A stretch of DNA of 64,000 nucleotides from an uncultured Phycisphaerales bacterium (lineage in GTDB: Bacteria > Planctomycetota > Phycisphaerae > Tepidisphaerales > Tepidisphaeraceae), in the NCBI GenBank assembly GCA_963755915.1, contig CAVWLP010000002.1:640001-704000 (forward strand), written 5' to 3'. The notes below the pieces were generated by a model. That model did not search any database, was not told the DNA's origin, and worked only from the letters and a program-made list of their open reading frames with translations. The position numbers were made by a program, and so were the translations under genes. Every line of letters begins with the position of its first letter. Position 1 is the stretch's first letter. This document shows, in pieces, positions 10,849 to 22,096 of the stretch.

Positions 10849-12125
10849 GTTTCGCTGCCTGTCTGAAACGGAAGCGTTTTTCCCGCCGCGCGGACGAGGT
10901 CGAGGACATTCTCAACCACCCGCCGGGCGAAGCTTCCGGAACAAAATCGCGCCGCCTTGTTTCGCGCTGCCCGTCCGATGCGGTGCCGCAGGTCCCGGTC
11001 TGCCAGAAGCTCGAGCACCGTGAGGCGAAGTGAATCCGCGTTGCCGGCAGTCCATAAAAGTCCGTCAACTCCGGGGCAGATAATCTCGGTCGGGCCGGCG
11101 GTGTTGGTCGCGGCAACTGGTTTCCCAAGCGCCATGGCTTCCACGACGACAATCCCAAACGGCTCCTGATTCGATGCGTGAACCACGACGTCCATCGCCT
11201 GCATCCAGTGCGGCACATTGTGCTGTAGCCCGGCGAAGCTCACGTGATCCACAAGATTCGCCTCCGCCACGCGGCGTTTGAGAAACGCGGGATAATCCGG
11301 CTCCAACGCGTGCTCGCCGCCGACGATGACGCAATGACAATCGGGAAACTCCCGCAGGATTCCCGGCATCGCGTCGATGAGATGATGCATCCCCTTCCAT
11401 CGCTGAAGGCGTCCGACGATTCCGATGAGCGCCCCGCGCACCGGCAGCCCGAGCTGCCGACGGCATTCCAGCGGCGATGGCAGCCGATCGGGATCGAATC
11501 GCTGAAGGCTTACGCCGGGATAGACGGTCCGCACGGCCCGATTCGGCCACAATCTTTGCTGGGCCTGCCGGGCGCTATCGGAACAGGTGAGAATCCCGCA
11601 CGCGGGCACGACAGTCGCGAGCCGTTCCTGAATGCTCGGCGGATCGGGATACCCAAGCTGATACCAAACGGAAGGTACACCTGCCAACGCGGCGGCGATT
11701 CCGCCGTACAGATGGCTCTTGGCGATCCAGTTAATCACGACATCGACATGATGGCTGCGAATCAGCCGGCGGATTTTCAGGATTGCCAGCGCCACGCGAT
11801 GCGGCTGGCGCAGCCTGCCCGTGTCGATCACGAGGGCTTCGACGCCCCACTTGCGCACGGTCTGCACCATCGGGCCATCCGACATGAAGACGGCCAGCCA
11901 ATCGATGTTCAGGCCGCGGCCGTGTTCGATGAGATCGAGGAACATCAGCTCCCCCCCGCCGCGCTGTGAGGAGAGGGGCATCAACACCATGATTTTGCAT
12001 CGCGGCGGCACCGTGGACTCGGCGGGCCGGCCGGGGTCGCGCGAAATCTCGCCCAGGCCGCTCCCGATGCGCGGATTTGGAGGTAGTTCGAACATCGCGT
12101 CAAATGAACGTGATTCGAGAAACAT
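10845..12125 (-). CDS. GT4 glycosyltransferase
   Basis: RGGGE, VGRLQRWKG, EPFGIVVVEAMALGKPV. Confidence 0.9.
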   Translation of the reverse strand: MFLESRSFDAMFELPPNPRIGSGLGEISRDPGRPAESTVPPRCKIMVLMPLSSQRGGGELMFLDLIEHGRGLNIDWLAVFMSDGPMVQTVRKWGVEALVIDTGRLRQPHRVALAILKIRRLIRSHHVDVVINWIAKSHLYGGIAAALAGVPSVWYQLGYPDPPSIQERLATVVPACGILTCSDSARQAQQRLWPNRAVRTVYPGVSLQRFDPDRLPSPLECRRQLGLPVRGALIGIVGRLQRWKGMHHLIDAMPGILREFPDCHCVIVGGEHALEPDYPAFLKRRVAEANLVDHVSFAGLQHNVPHWMQAMDVVVHASNQEPFGIVVVEAMALGKPVAATNTAGPTEIICPGVDGLLWTAGNADSLRLTVLELLADRDLRHRIGRAARNKAARFCSGSFARRVVENVLDLVRAAGKTLPFQTGSET

Positions 12126-13284
12126 CAGCTTAGAGCGGCCTCGTAAACTCCGCGGATCTGGCGGGCGATCACCGGCCAGTGAAATCTGCCGCGGGCGTAG
12201 CGTGCGCACGCGTCGCCGGCGGGCAAGACGCTGGGATTGAGGATCGCCTCCGAAATTGCATCCGCCAGCGCCCGCGCGTCGAAGCCGCGGGTCACCAGCC
12301 GGGAGTCCAGATCACGAACCACCTCCGGCAGCCCCCCCACCGGGGTTACCAGCACGGGCGTCCCCGCGGCCAGCGATTCGACGGCGGAAAGGCCGAAGCC
12401 TTCGAGCGATTGCGAAGGCATCACCGAAAAATCGGCCGCTCGATAAATCAGCGGCAACTTGTCGTCCGGGACGAAACCCAGCAGGCGAACATTCTTCTCA
12501 AGATTCAGCCGCGAGATCCGCGCCTGAAGCTGGTCCGCAAGCCTTCCCTTGCCCACCAGCACGCAAAGCGCCTCCGGCGCTGTTTCGTGAACCCGTTGCA
12601 TGGCGTCGATCAGGCTCTCCAGTCCCATCCGGCTCACCAGCCGGCGAACCGACAGAATGATCGGCCGATCGACCGGCAGATCAAACTCGCGTCGGGCATC
12701 GGCGCAGGTATCCGGACCACCGAGTCAAACCGCCCGAAATCCACGCCACCAGGAATCACATGCACGCGTTGCGAATCGATTCCATATTGCTGGCAGAGCA
12801 GATTCCGAAACGCCGCGGAAAGCGTGATGAACGCCACCGCGCGGCGGTAGACGCTGCGCTCGACCCAGCGCTTCATCCAGGTTGTCATCCGCGCCTCCCC
12901 CTCGCGGCGCGATTCGCCCGCCCACGGCCCATGAAAATGCACCACCATCCGCCGACCCTGCGCCACCAGCGCCTTCATGGCCGGATGGGCATACAGAGAA
13001 AAATGCGCCGAGACCAGACAGCGCTGGCCCAGCTCCGCCAGAATCTGCGCCGTGGCGTTTCGGCACGCGAACCAGCGTTTGACCAGGCTGTCTCCGCGGT
13101 TGGCGAAGGCACGGACCTGGCCATTCGATTCGGCCGCGACTCGACCCGTTCCGATCACCAGCCCCCGGCAATCGACGTTGACCCCCGGCAGCGCGCGGAG
13201 GAGCTCGTAATAATAGCGGTCCAGTCCGCCCGGATTCTCGGGAAACCAACCGGCGCCGATCTGTAATGTACTTAGAGATGTCAT
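12125..13284 (-). CDS. GT4 glycosyltransferase (frameshift at ~12700)
   Basis: ORF 12634..13284 (WFPENPGGLDRYY, HFHGPWAGES) plus ORF 12125..12637 (SLEGFGLSAVESLAAGTPV). Confidence 0.87.
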
Positions 13285-13300
13285 CGTGATGCCGCGGATT

Positions 13301-14650
13301 TCACGCGTTCAAGGTCGTCGGCTCTTTCTCGGCCGAAGTCGTGGGCCCTTCCAACGGGTCCGACGAAACGAGGTCACTCAAGGATTTCTGCGAGGTTGCC
13401 CTGTGGAGAAGGCCGATCAGTTCGTCGGCGATTTTTCCGGCGTCGAAGGCCGCCAGCGCCGCGTGGCGAGCCTGTTGGCGAAGCGTGGTCCTGTTTTGCA
13501 AAGCACGAGAGACGGCGTCGGCGACCGACTCTGCGCTGTACTGCCCGAATTGAACCCCGCCGTCGCCCATATAGTCGCCCGTTCCATTCGTGGGGCCCAA
13601 AACCACCGGTGTCCCGCATGCCAGCGCTTCGGCGATCGTTGACCCGAAATTCTCATCCTCGCTCGGTTGCACGACTACCGAAGCCGATTGAAGCAGCGCA
13701 ATGACCTGCTCGCGCGGAAGACTCGGAATATGCCGCAGCCGATGCGGGGAGGGGAATTGTTCCAGCAGCTTTGCGTATCCCGGGGTGAAATCGAATCCAC
13801 CGACGACCAGAACATCGGGATCGACACCGCTCCTTGTCAGCTCGCAGCAGGCATCGAGGAAAAGATCCAGCCGCTTGCGCGGAACCGTGCGGCCAATCCA
13901 GAGAATCGTCGGTCGGACGTCCGAGGCGCCTTCCTCCGCTGCCGGTGAAAACTGTTTGAGATCAACCGGATACGCCATCGCGTGGATCAACTGCGAGGGG
14001 ATTCCATAGCTCGAGAGAATTTTCCGCGACCATTCGCTGCCCACGATGAATAGATCGGTGCAATCGAAACGCGGAAGTCCCAGCGTTCCGCGATAAGCGG
14101 CGTATAGCCGCAGGGGCAGATAACTTCGCCATCCACACAACCGCAGAATCTGTTTTCTGTGTCGCACGACCGAGCTGGCATCGGTTTGGGGCGGTCCCTG
14201 CACCCAGCTCACGACCGGAATGTCGCCGATGCGTCCCCACGACCAGTCCCCGAGCCAAAGCTGCACGTCGTACGGACTTTCGACATGATGCCGGCGCATC
14301 GCGGCCAGGACTTTTGCCGCGAAGATGTGATGGGCGATCTGTCCCAGAAGATGCCGCAGGACCGTCCCGCCGCGCTTGGGGCAGCGGCGGATGATTCGGT
14401 CGGACGTCGGCGTTGGGACCTCGACGAACCGGTAATTGGGAAGCGACTCGAATTCGCGCGGGCGTACGAAAGACGTCTTATTGAAAAAATCGATCTGATG
14501 CCCGCGTTCCAGGAGCTGGCGGAGGATCAGGAACCCCGCGGTGGAAACGCTGCCGGCGCGCGGATCGGCGAAGCCGTAACAGGCGATGCGAAGCGGCGAA
14601 TTTCGTCGGTTGGTTGTCATGCGATTAAAGCGATGCCCCGGCCGGTTCAA
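13301..14650 (-). CDS. GT4 glycosyltransferase
   Basis: WIGRTVPRKR, EDENFGSTIAEALACGTPVV. Confidence 0.87.
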   Translation of the reverse strand: MNRPGHRFNRMTTNRRNSPLRIACYGFADPRAGSVSTAGFLILRQLLERGHQIDFFNKTSFVRPREFESLPNYRFVEVPTPTSDRIIRRCPKRGGTVLRHLLGQIAHHIFAAKVLAAMRRHHVESPYDVQLWLGDWSWGRIGDIPVVSWVQGPPQTDASSVVRHRKQILRLCGWRSYLPLRLYAAYRGTLGLPRFDCTDLFIVGSEWSRKILSSYGIPSQLIHAMAYPVDLKQFSPAAEEGASDVRPTILWIGRTVPRKRLDLFLDACCELTRSGVDPDVLVVGGFDFTPGYAKLLEQFPSPHRLRHIPSLPREQVIALLQSASVVVQPSEDENFGSTIAEALACGTPVVLGPTNGTGDYMGDGGVQFGQYSAESVADAVSRALQNRTTLRQQARHAALAAFDAGKIADELIGLLHRATSQKSLSDLVSSDPLEGPTTSAEKEPTTLNA

Positions 14651-15792
14651 GCGCCGGCGCCTCGTTTTGTTCCGCCGCGCCGGCGCGCGGGAATTTCATC
14701 GGCAAGGCCCAGAATATCTCGAATGAATTCGGTGACGCGCCGGACCTGACGATCGCGATCGAATTCCTGCATCGCCGTGGGAATCGCCCGCTGTTTCTCG
14801 GCGATTTGGGTCCGGTCCATTCGGGCCATCAGCCGGGAAAGTTGCTGGATAAACTGCTCTTCCCAGGGCGTGCGTCCGGCCAGCCGCCAGAGCCAGCCGT
14901 CGTCCAGGTCGTACGCCATCGGAATCCGTCCGGTGATCACCGGTAATCCGGCGGCCAGGTATTCGCTGAGCTTCGTCGTGTAACGGAAACTGCCGACGCC
15001 ATCGACGCTTTGCGGGAGGCTTGCGACATCGAACGCCGCCAGATGATCCGCCACCTGAGAGCCCGGCACTTCGCCGAGGAGGAAAATATCTTTTCCGAGG
15101 CGATCGGCGGCGATTTCGCGCAACCGATCCAAACCGCACCCGCCGCCAACAACAACGACCGCGACTCGCCGCGAGGGCGATAGTTGCAGAATCGCCCTCA
15201 CCAGTTCCGAGCCATAGCAGTAAGCAAGGCGGCGATTCCAGACCAGCGATCCCAGAAGCCCGAAGACAATCGTTTCGTCGTCGATGCCCAGACGTCCGCG
15301 CAACCTGGCCCGCGCTTCGGCGCGATGCGCCGGATCACTCGGCGGCCCCCAGCCCGCGGCAGTCATCGCGCACGGCGCACCCAGCGTCAGCGCCCGTCCT
15401 GCAAGGTACGGCGTCCATCCAATGAATCCGGACGACAACCGGCAGAGCATCCGCTCGTATATCGCAAATGCCGGCCCCAGCACCGGCCGAATCGCGGCCA
15501 CGAACCGCGCGACCGCATCACCGCTGCTGACCACGAATCGCGTTCCTAGCAGGATTCGCGCCAGCAGAACCGGCACGCCGCCCGCAACCCCGGTCCCTTC
15601 CATCACCACCAGGTCGGGCCGCTCACGCCAAAGCGTTTTGAGAAACTCGACGGCGCTCCTGCGTTTATTCGCCTTATCAAATCGCACAAATTCCGCGCCC
15701 ACCGCGCTCATTAGCGTGCGCAAGCGATCCTCTTCGTTGGTGCCCGTCCCCTTGGTGGCGAGAGCCAGGATTTTTGGACGCCCGCTCAGCAT
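14647..15792 (-). CDS. GT4-like glycosyltransferase
   Basis: FDVASLPQ...RYTTKLSEYLAAGLPVI (GT-B C-terminal motif). Start taken at the ATG at 15792. Confidence 0.78.
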   Translation of the reverse strand: MLSGRPKILALATKGTGTNEEDRLRTLMSAVGAEFVRFDKANKRRSAVEFLKTLWRERPDLVVMEGTGVAGGVPVLLARILLGTRFVVSSGDAVARFVAAIRPVLGPAFAIYERMLCRLSSGFIGWTPYLAGRALTLGAPCAMTAAGWGPPSDPAHRAEARARLRGRLGIDDETIVFGLLGSLVWNRRLAYCYGSELVRAILQLSPSRRVAVVVVGGGCGLDRLREIAADRLGKDIFLLGEVPGSQVADHLAAFDVASLPQSVDGVGSFRYTTKLSEYLAAGLPVITGRIPMAYDLDDGWLWRLAGRTPWEEQFIQQLSRLMARMDRTQIAEKQRAIPTAMQEFDRDRQVRRVTEFIRDILGLADEIPARRRGGTKRGAGA

Positions 15793-16988
15793 GCCAGCGC
15801 CTCGGAATTCGATTCCGCCGGCTCGGCTTGGCCCAGCGGGGAAACTTCGCGCGGGCGATTCTTCGCCGCCGCCGCGAAAAGCTCCAGGTACGCCCGCGAC
15901 ATCGACTCCCACGAATATCGTTCCGCGATCCCCCGTGCGGCGATCCCCGCCGCGCGGCGCTGCTGTGGAGATTGAATCAATTTCCGCAGCGCCGCCGCAA
16001 GTGCTCGAAAATCATTCGGGTCTTCCAAGATTTGCGCCGCGGCGGAATCGAGCACCTCGCATCCGCCGGCGCTGCGAGCCGTGATGATCGGTACGCCGGA
16101 CGCGGCCGCCTCGAGCAGCACGAGCGTTCCGGCCTCATATCGGGATGGAAACACAAACATGTCGCACGCCCGCATGAACTGGGAGACGTTTGTCCGGAAC
16201 CCCATGAAATGCGCCCGCTCGGCAACCTGTAGCGTTGTCGCCATCGCCGGAAACGGGCTATTTCTCTCGGCCCCCAGAATCGCCAAATGAAGCCCGGGCA
16301 CGAGAACCAGCGCCTTCAGCACGGTATCCAAATTCTTGCGCGGGGTGCGGATGTCCCCGACGAACAGTGCCAGCGGAACATCCGCCTTTAGCCCCAGTTC
16401 ACTGCGCAACTGCGAATTCGATTCAATCTGCGGCGTGAATTCGTTGAGGTCTACGCCGTTGTAAATCACGCGTATCCGCTCGCCCGGAACTCCGATCGAA
16501 ATCAGCTCCTCCCGAATCTTCTCCGACGGGGCTACGACCATTCCCGCGTTGCGATAGGCCCGTTTTTCCCAGCTCGTGTTCAGCCGCGAATAGAGATATT
16601 GATACCAGCCATACGGCCCCCTCTCGAACCGCGACGTATGCACCGGCGACTTGATCCACGCTCCATGCACGAACTGGCAGAGATTTACATCATGCGGCAC
16701 GTCCAGCGTGAAGCCGGCACCGACAATCACATCCGCCTCGTGCCCGCGTTCGGCAATCACACGATTTGCCGACCTTGCGAAAACGCGCACGCCGAGCACG
16801 TTTGGCCGGTGTGGATGCTGCGCGACATACGTCCATTTCGCGCCGTCCGAGATCAATTCCGGCGCAACCTGGTCGGCGATCAACTCCACGCTGTGCCCAC
16901 TGCGTACCGCGTGGCGGACGATCTCGTAATTGATCCGCCCCTGGCCATTCCCGCGGATGAAATTGTGAGCGACAAATTGAATCTTCAT
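15786..16988 (-). CDS. GT4 glycosyltransferase
   Basis: IYNGVD, FVGDIRTPRKN, FPSRYEAGTLVLLEAAASGVP. Confidence 0.9.
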   Translation of the reverse strand: MKIQFVAHNFIRGNGQGRINYEIVRHAVRSGHSVELIADQVAPELISDGAKWTYVAQHPHRPNVLGVRVFARSANRVIAERGHEADVIVGAGFTLDVPHDVNLCQFVHGAWIKSPVHTSRFERGPYGWYQYLYSRLNTSWEKRAYRNAGMVVAPSEKIREELISIGVPGERIRVIYNGVDLNEFTPQIESNSQLRSELGLKADVPLALFVGDIRTPRKNLDTVLKALVLVPGLHLAILGAERNSPFPAMATTLQVAERAHFMGFRTNVSQFMRACDMFVFPSRYEAGTLVLLEAAASGVPIITARSAGGCEVLDSAAAQILEDPNDFRALAAALRKLIQSPQQRRAAGIAARGIAERYSWESMSRAYLELFAAAAKNRPREVSPLGQAEPAESNSEALAC

Positions 16989-17005
16989 CGATGAATCAGT
17001 CCGTT

Positions 17006-18456
17006 TCAGGTTGCCGCCAGTTGGGGACCAGCGTTGTCTTCCCCCTCCGGCTCCTGCTGCTCTTCGGGCTCCTCAATTTCGTCGCTCATTACGCTGGCCG
17101 CATGACGCTCGGAATCCGCCGTCAGGCAAACGCCAAACAGGGCCGCGTTGATCAGGAAAACGTCCATCCCCTCCTGATTGGAGAAGATCGGAAAGACGAA
17201 CGTGGCCGCCGTGGCGGCAAGCGTGTAACCGAAGACCACCCCCGCCCAGCAACCGAGATCTCCATCGCGCTGCCACAGCGCATGCGCCAGCGCCGTTCGC
17301 ATGAGTACCAGCAGCAATGCAATGTAAAGCAGGATCAGCGGAATGCCGCCGTCATAAAGCAGCGACTGCCACATCATCTCTGCCCAGAGGGGGTCGGTGC
17401 CGTTCCCGAAATAGTGGCACATCATTCCCCATCGCCCCAGGCCGGCACCAGGGGGTATTCATGCGTCGCGTCGTGAATCACATCTTCAAGGAACCCGCCG
17501 CGGTTGGCGTAAAAAACGGTCGTGGGATCCGAGGCGATGAGGGTGAGAAACCGATCGACCGTCGATTGGCCGCCGATATTGAACGCCGCCGTCGCCCCAA
17601 CCAGCACCACGCCGAACGCGATCCCAAGAAACAGGCTCGCCCGTCCATAGGACCTTCGAAAGAGCAGCACCATCACCAGCGCCACTGTGGCGATGCCCGC
17701 GATGATGAGGTTCGTGCGCATCTGGCAAATGAAGATGCAGAAGAGCCCCGCGACCATGCCGCAAACCGACGCGACGCGGATAAACGTGCTGCGGCTTGTC
17801 AGCAGCAGCCCGGTGCCGAGGATGATCGAATAGACGCCGCCCGTTGACGCTCCGCCGGGAACGTCGGTGAGCCCCTTGGGCCGGATGACTTTCGTCCCAT
17901 CCGCCAGCACGAAAATGTGGGGCATCAGGGATTGATCGTCGTAATTCGCCGACAGGGCTCCGTCGAATTTTCCGGGATACTGCACTTGCAGCACGCCCAT
18001 CACCGCGCTGGCCGTATAGAAGAGCCACATCACCAGCATGAGCTGTTGAAAAGTTCGCCGGGTAATTTGGAGCTTTCCGACCCAGATCAGCGGCGCAAGG
18101 ATCGAAAAGTACAGACCAATCTGCGCAACCCGGGCGACCATCGCATTGCCGTTTGGATTGATCAGCGAGATCGCCAGCACCGCAAGGATATATTGAATCA
18201 GCTTCGTCGCTGGATGGGCCTCCCCATTGCCGCGGATCAGCATTGCGAAGACCAGGCTGATGAGATACATCCCGACGCGGAGGGGCAGCCGCAGCGCGGT
18301 GTCCCCGGCGGTGAACAGTCCCAGCTCAAAGAGAAAGCTGGTGATCACGAAGACCAGCAGCCAGCGATCGCCCAATCTGCCGCCCGACTCGGACGTGCGC
18401 GCGGATTGTCCCTCCTCCTGGCGAGCGAGGGTCGGATTGGCCAGACTCATCGTCAT
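17006..18456 (-). CDS. Polytopic membrane protein, putative Wzy/O-antigen-ligase-like polymerase (frameshift at ~17440)
   Basis: Many hydrophobic TM-like segments across ORFs 17422..18456 and 17006..17425. Periplasmic RPKGL loop. Located within the GT cluster. Confidence 0.6.
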
Positions 18457-21256
18457 TGGATCAGCTCAGGCTGCTCCTTCCGTGCCTTCTGCTTAGCGGC
18501 CCCCGACATCTCCATGGTTGCGATCGCCGCTTCGGTCATCTCCCCATCCGACAACCCGAACATGCTGTTGCGGTTGCTCTCCAGCCGCTGGACGAGGAAA
18601 TCGGTCCACTCTTTGCGGGTGACGCCGGCAAATTTCTCGCGGAAACGAGCGATCGAAAATCGCTCCGCGTTGGCGCGGATCGCCTTGGGATCCCACTGCC
18701 GCCCCTCGAAGTCTTCGATTGCCTCCATCAGGGCTTCGGCCGTCTGATCCTTGAACAGAAGCCCCGTGACTCCGTGGATCACGCTTTCCGTCACACCGCC
18801 GCGACCGTATGCGATGACCGGCGTTCCGCAGGCCTGTGCCTCCACTGGTGTGATGCCAAAATCTTCTTCGGCCGCAAAAACAAACGCCCGCGCCCGCTGC
18901 ATATATTGCCGCAGCCGGTCCGGCGTCTGATATCCCAGGAGCCGAACATTCGGTGAGATGTTGGCGCGGTATTTCTCCAACTCTGGCCCTTCGCCGATCA
19001 CCAGCAGCCGCCGGTTCGGCATCCTCTTGAAGGCCTCGATTGCCAGATCGATCCGCTTATAGGGAACCAGGCGTGAAGCCGTCAGATAAAAATCTTCCTT
19101 CTCCTCGCAAAGCGTGAACCGTTCGGTATCCACGGGCGGATAGACCGTTGTCGTAAATCGCCGGTAGAGCTTCCGCACGCGCCTGCCCACAAAATCTGAA
19201 TTGGTCACAAACACGTCCACCCCGTGGGCCGAGCGGATGTCCCAGTTGCGGATGTAATGCAGCAGCACCCGCGCCAGCGCGGTTTTCACCGTCGAAAGCA
19301 ATCCGCCTTCGGACTTATTCAGATACTGGTTTTGCAAATCCCATGCGAACCGCACGGGCGTGTGGCAATAGCAGATGTGAAGCTGGTCGGGCCGGGTCAG
19401 CACGCCCTTGGCCACCAGATACGAACTGGAAATCACGATGTCGTAGCCGGAAATATCGACCTGCTCGATTGCCAGCGGCATCAGCGGCAAATAAGCGCGG
19501 TGGTGCTTGCGCCGCCACGGCATGCGCTGGATGAACGTCGACTGCACCGGCTTGTTGCGGATAAACCCGCGAAGGTGCTCCGGCAGGAAATCAAACAGTG
19601 CAAACAAATCGGCATGCGGAAACAGCGCGATGAGCTGCTCGAGCACCCGCTCCGCGCCGGCGTAGGTGTAGAGAAAATCATGCACGATCGCCACGCGCAG
19701 CTTCGAGAAGACTTCCCCGATTTCGTCGGGAACCGCAACGTCCGGGGCGTGATGAACGACACTTCCACCGGCACTGACGCTTTCCCGGCCCGGCCCGCTG
19801 TCGGGAAGATGCGCCAGACTCGACTCTCCCATCAGCCGCGAAAACAGAGCAATCCGCTGACCGGAAGTCTCCAGGAACTCCCCACCGGAAGCTTCCACAT
19901 AAATCCGCAGCGTCTCCCCGCTGCGGCGCTGGGGAATGGGAATTTCGGCGGTAATCGAATCCGCCTCGGCGATCTCAGTATCCCCTCTCCGCCAGCGCAT
20001 GGTCGTTTTCGATGCATCGCGCCTGGTCAGCGGCATGCTCACCTGGGCGAAATCGAGCTCGTCCGCCGCCTTGCAGACGTGCTGCCACCACGAATCGAAC
20101 GTCATGGCTTCGCGGAATGCCACCTGGAGCGACGCAAAGACTGTCTGATACCGCCTCGCCTCGCGGCGAATCGCATTGTTCCGTCGCACCGCGCTGAGCG
20201 TCTGGCGTGCCTGCACGGAACCGGCCACGCGGAACATGATGCACAAAAGCGAGATGTAGCCCAACGACGCCAGAACGGTCGCCCAGGCATTTCCGATCAT
20301 GCCGAACAGATCCACGCCTGCCGCGGCCAGCGTGACGAGATAAAGCACCAGCACCGCCTGGCGGGGCGCCAGTCCAACATCAAGGAGCCGATGATGAATG
20401 TGCCCCTTCTCCGCGGCAAAAATCGATTGCCTCTGAAGAATCGCCCGCCGCACGAAGGTCAGCAGCGTATCCAGCAGGGGCACGGAAAGGGCAAGGGCCG
20501 GGAAGATCAGGCTGCGCGTCGTCCCAATGGCGTGGTTCGACATCGCGCACGCCCCGGCCAGCAGGAAGCCGATGAACATGCTTCCGCAGTCCCCCATGAA
20601 CACCTTGGCCGGATTCGAATTGAAGACCAGGAACCCCAGCAGCGCTCCGACGAGCGAAATGGCCAGCAGCACGGTCACCGGCGCACCGCCCACGGCCGCC
20701 CCCAGCGCCAAAACGCCGGCGGCGATCGCCACAATTCCGCTCGCAAGCCCGTCGAGGCCGTCAACAAAATTCACCGCCACGGTGACGCCGACGAGCCAGA
20801 GCATCGTCAGGGGCCAGGCAAACGGCCCCAGGTTCAGCACCACCGTTCCGTCGATGACGATCTGCCGCACGGCGCCCCCGCCGCGCAGAAGAGTGCCGAA
20901 ACCGCCAGCAGGACGCACAGCTTGTATTTCGCCGAAACATTGATGATGTCGTCGACCAGCCCGAGCAGAAAAACGCAGATCGCCGCCGCGATCAGGGTGA
21001 TGGTGGTGTTGAAGGGGATCACCGCCGGCCGGCTGGAAACGTAGAGGCTGGCGAAAATCACGAACGAAATGATCGAAGCCTGGGCGATCGCGACGCCCCC
21101 GATTCGCGGAACCGGGGTGCGGTGCACCTTTCGCACCCCCGGCTCATCCACCAGCCCAAACGCCCCGGCCAGCCGAATGCCAAGCGGGGTCAGGGCCAGC
21201 ACCAGCGCGAGGGATCCCCCAAAAGTTAAAATGGCATAGGCAAGTAATGGTGACAT
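18453..21256 (-). CDS. WecA/MraY-family undecaprenyl-phosphate HexNAc-1-P transferase fused to a C-terminal GT4 (frameshift at ~20880)
   Basis: DEPGVRKVHRTPVPRIGG, GLVDD, NFVDGLDGLA, KVFMGDCGS, HIHHRL. Then in the same frame AIVHDFLYTYAGAERV...EEDFGITPVEAQACGTPV. Confidence 0.85.
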
Positions 21257-21341
21257 GAGATCTGTACTCCTTTATCGAAGCTCCAACCGGGATATGAGTT
21301 GAAAAGATGACGCAGGCCTGGGACGGCCGAATCTCTGGGCC

Positions 21342-21890
21342 CTAGGACAGGCTCTCGAGATTTTCAGGGGCGATTTCCAAACTCGCCCCCTGTCCCAGCA
21401 TGCGAATCTGCAAGACAAGGCGCGTCGAAGCGTCCTTGCGAATGACCACGCCTTCAATGCCCCGCAAGGGGCCCCGGACGACGCGGCAGAACGTGCCTAC
21501 CGCGATCGATGGATACGGATCCAGTTTCGTGCCAGACTGGATCGTAAATCGAATTGCCTCCAGCTCGACGAGGAACCGCTCCTTCTGCCGAACCGGAAAT
21601 ACGTGTGCCACCCGGTTCGTGCGCAGGGCCGCCTGGCGGTCCTCCGCATCCCCGGCAAAAAAGACATAAGACTGGAAAAGAGGTGAAAGCACTTTGCGCC
21701 GGCGGCCCCCCCAGACCATCACGCGCTCGTGCATGGGAAGATAGTAGGCGATTTTCTGCGCCAGCAGCTCCCGCACGAATGACTTTTCCGCGCGCGACCG
21801 CGTGTGCGCAACCCACCACTCGCCGGCGATCTCGCTCAGTGAGCCGATCCATTCCGGAATCATGGGTGGATTTTCTTCAAGTAACAGCAT
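21342..21890 (-). CDS. NusG-paralog transcription antiterminator (UpxY/RfaH/LoaP-like)
   Basis: WWVAHTRSRAEK...PLFQSYVF (NGN domain) and VVRGPLRGIEG (KOW). Sits inside a polysaccharide operon. Confidence 0.88.
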   Translation of the reverse strand: MLLLEENPPMIPEWIGSLSEIAGEWWVAHTRSRAEKSFVRELLAQKIAYYLPMHERVMVWGGRRRKVLSPLFQSYVFFAGDAEDRQAALRTNRVAHVFPVRQKERFLVELEAIRFTIQSGTKLDPYPSIAVGTFCRVVRGPLRGIEGVVIRKDASTRLVLQIRMLGQGASLEIAPENLESLS

Positions 21891-22096
21891 GAGTTTTTTC
21901 GATTCAGTATCGGGGGGTCGGTTCGGACTTCGTCCCCGTCGGCGCACCGGCCGTTTTTCTAGCGATAGGATTCACTCAATCGCTCCGCGGGAGCCGACGC
22001 TGGTCGGCGGACGCATCGCGCTCACCCACGCGGGTTTCCGCGCCCTGGGCGCGAAGCTTTTACATCATCGCCGCTGCATTCGATTCGCCCGATGGA

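Noticed and set aside
19224-21044. Long alternative-frame ORFs (e.g. 606 aa here, also 53259..54695 and 51254..52645)
   Set aside because: Shadow ORFs of high-GC genes with biased low-complexity composition and no recognisable motifs.
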